This document shows positions 63,318 to 64,000 of a stretch of DNA of 64,000 bases, piece by piece. The position numbers and the translations under genes were made by a program. Each line of letters starts with the position of its first letter. Within the stretch, counting starts at the first letter, position 1. The stretch is taken from NCBI GenBank assembly GCA_918797485.1, contig CAKKNE010000001.1:124001-188000 (forward strand). The letters are read 5' to 3'. This DNA comes from Pelagomonas calceolata. Taxonomy: Eukaryota. The notes beneath the pieces are model-generated. The model saw nothing but the letters and a program-made list of their open reading frames with translations. It was not told the origin of the DNA and made no database searches.

Positions 63318-63339
63318 GCTAGTGTCTTAGGCCGCTAGC
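63318..63339. promoter_or_regulatory. CTAG-dyad intergenic motif
   Basis: GCTAGTGTCTTAGGCCGCTAGC between divergent genes. Confidence 0.65.
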
Positions 63340-63541
63340 CTCAAAAACGCGCGCGCGCGAAGCGGCGGCTCGACGGTGCGTGCGGTGCTTCACGCGTGAT
63401 AAAAACACTGTCTGCACAGCGCTCATACAAGTTTTGAAGCGCTGCTTGCGTTTCGCAGCTCAGACAAGAAGTGCTGTAATCAGCAGCACTGGCATCGATC
63501 CCTGCGCGGCCCGCGAACGCGCCGTCGCCGCGACATAACAA

Positions 63542-64000
63542 ATGGACCACTGGCAGAACACGGAGCAGCGCGAGGACAAGTACGGCGACCACGGCGGCGA
63601 CCACCAACAATACCTGCAGCAAAAGCGCCGAAAGCTCGACGACCAGCGAAGGCGAACGGAAGGGAACTGGTTCGCCGGCTGCGTCGTCTGGATCGACGGG
63701 CTGACGGACCCGCCGGCGGACGACCTCGAGCAGCTAGTCGTGGCGGGCGGCGGCCTCGTCTGCGATTCTCGGGACCGGCGCGCGACGCACATCGTGGCGG
63801 TCAATATGACGGCGGCGCAGACGAAGAAGCTGAAGGCGCGGAAGCGGGGCTTCGCCAAGCCCGCCGTCTGTCCGCAGTGGGTCGTCGACAGCGCGGCGCG
63901 GCGCTGCCGGCAGGACCCCGGGCCGTATTTATTGTGGCGGGCCTCTGGTCCTACAAATGAAGCGCTGGCCGTCGTGCGCGCGCGGAACAACCTGCGGAAG
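63542..64000 (+). CDS. N-terminal part of a REV1-like BRCT-domain protein (runs off the window)
   Basis: Manual translation YLQQKRRKLDDQ...FAGCVVWIDGLTDPPADDLEQLVVAGGG...THIVAVN...VCPQWVVDS resembles the REV1 BRCT region. Confidence 0.72.
   Translation, partial: MDHWQNTEQREDKYGDHGGDHQQYLQQKRRKLDDQRRRTEGNWFAGCVVWIDGLTDPPADDLEQLVVAGGGLVCDSRDRRATHIVAVNMTAAQTKKLKARKRGFAKPAVCPQWVVDSAARRCRQDPGPYLLWRASGPTNEALAVVRARNNLRK

Noticed and set aside
317..63339. Dyad motif as Helitron 3' ends or bacterial-type terminators
   Set aside because: No upstream shared element body or separate GC hairpin is evident, there is no U-tract geometry, and the positions track gene starts rather than ends. A TE origin is not fully excluded.

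Overview
Gene-dense, very GC-rich eukaryotic nuclear DNA, not prokaryotic. It contains spliceosomal GT-AG and GC-AG introns, eukaryotic housekeeping genes (DDX55/Spb4, RFC4, OGG1, SDA1, REV1-like BRCT, TECR-like) and bipartite signal+plastid-type presequences. Together these suggest a stramenopile alga, most likely a pelagophyte (inference). About 45 genes are present. Many carry isolated 1-nt frameshifts that look like long-read consensus errors. Main observations: (1) a DsbA/FrnE-like gene with an in-frame TGA at the catalytic Cys position and a SECIS-like hairpin directly after its stop, i.e. a probable selenoprotein; (2) near-identical introns in unrelated genes, consistent with at least two introner-like families, one GT-AG with a CAGGT duplication and one GC-AG; (3) a tRNA-Trp(CCA) inside an intron-like cassette that interrupts an orphan class-III ADH fragment, with the cassette duplicated in tandem; (4) a CTAG-N11-15-CTAG dyad motif found 14 times, always intergenic and roughly 100-210 bp from a start codon, mostly in divergent promoters; (5) several unrecognised protein repeats and modules. 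Coordinates were counted by eye, and all family assignments come from motif recognition, not database searches.
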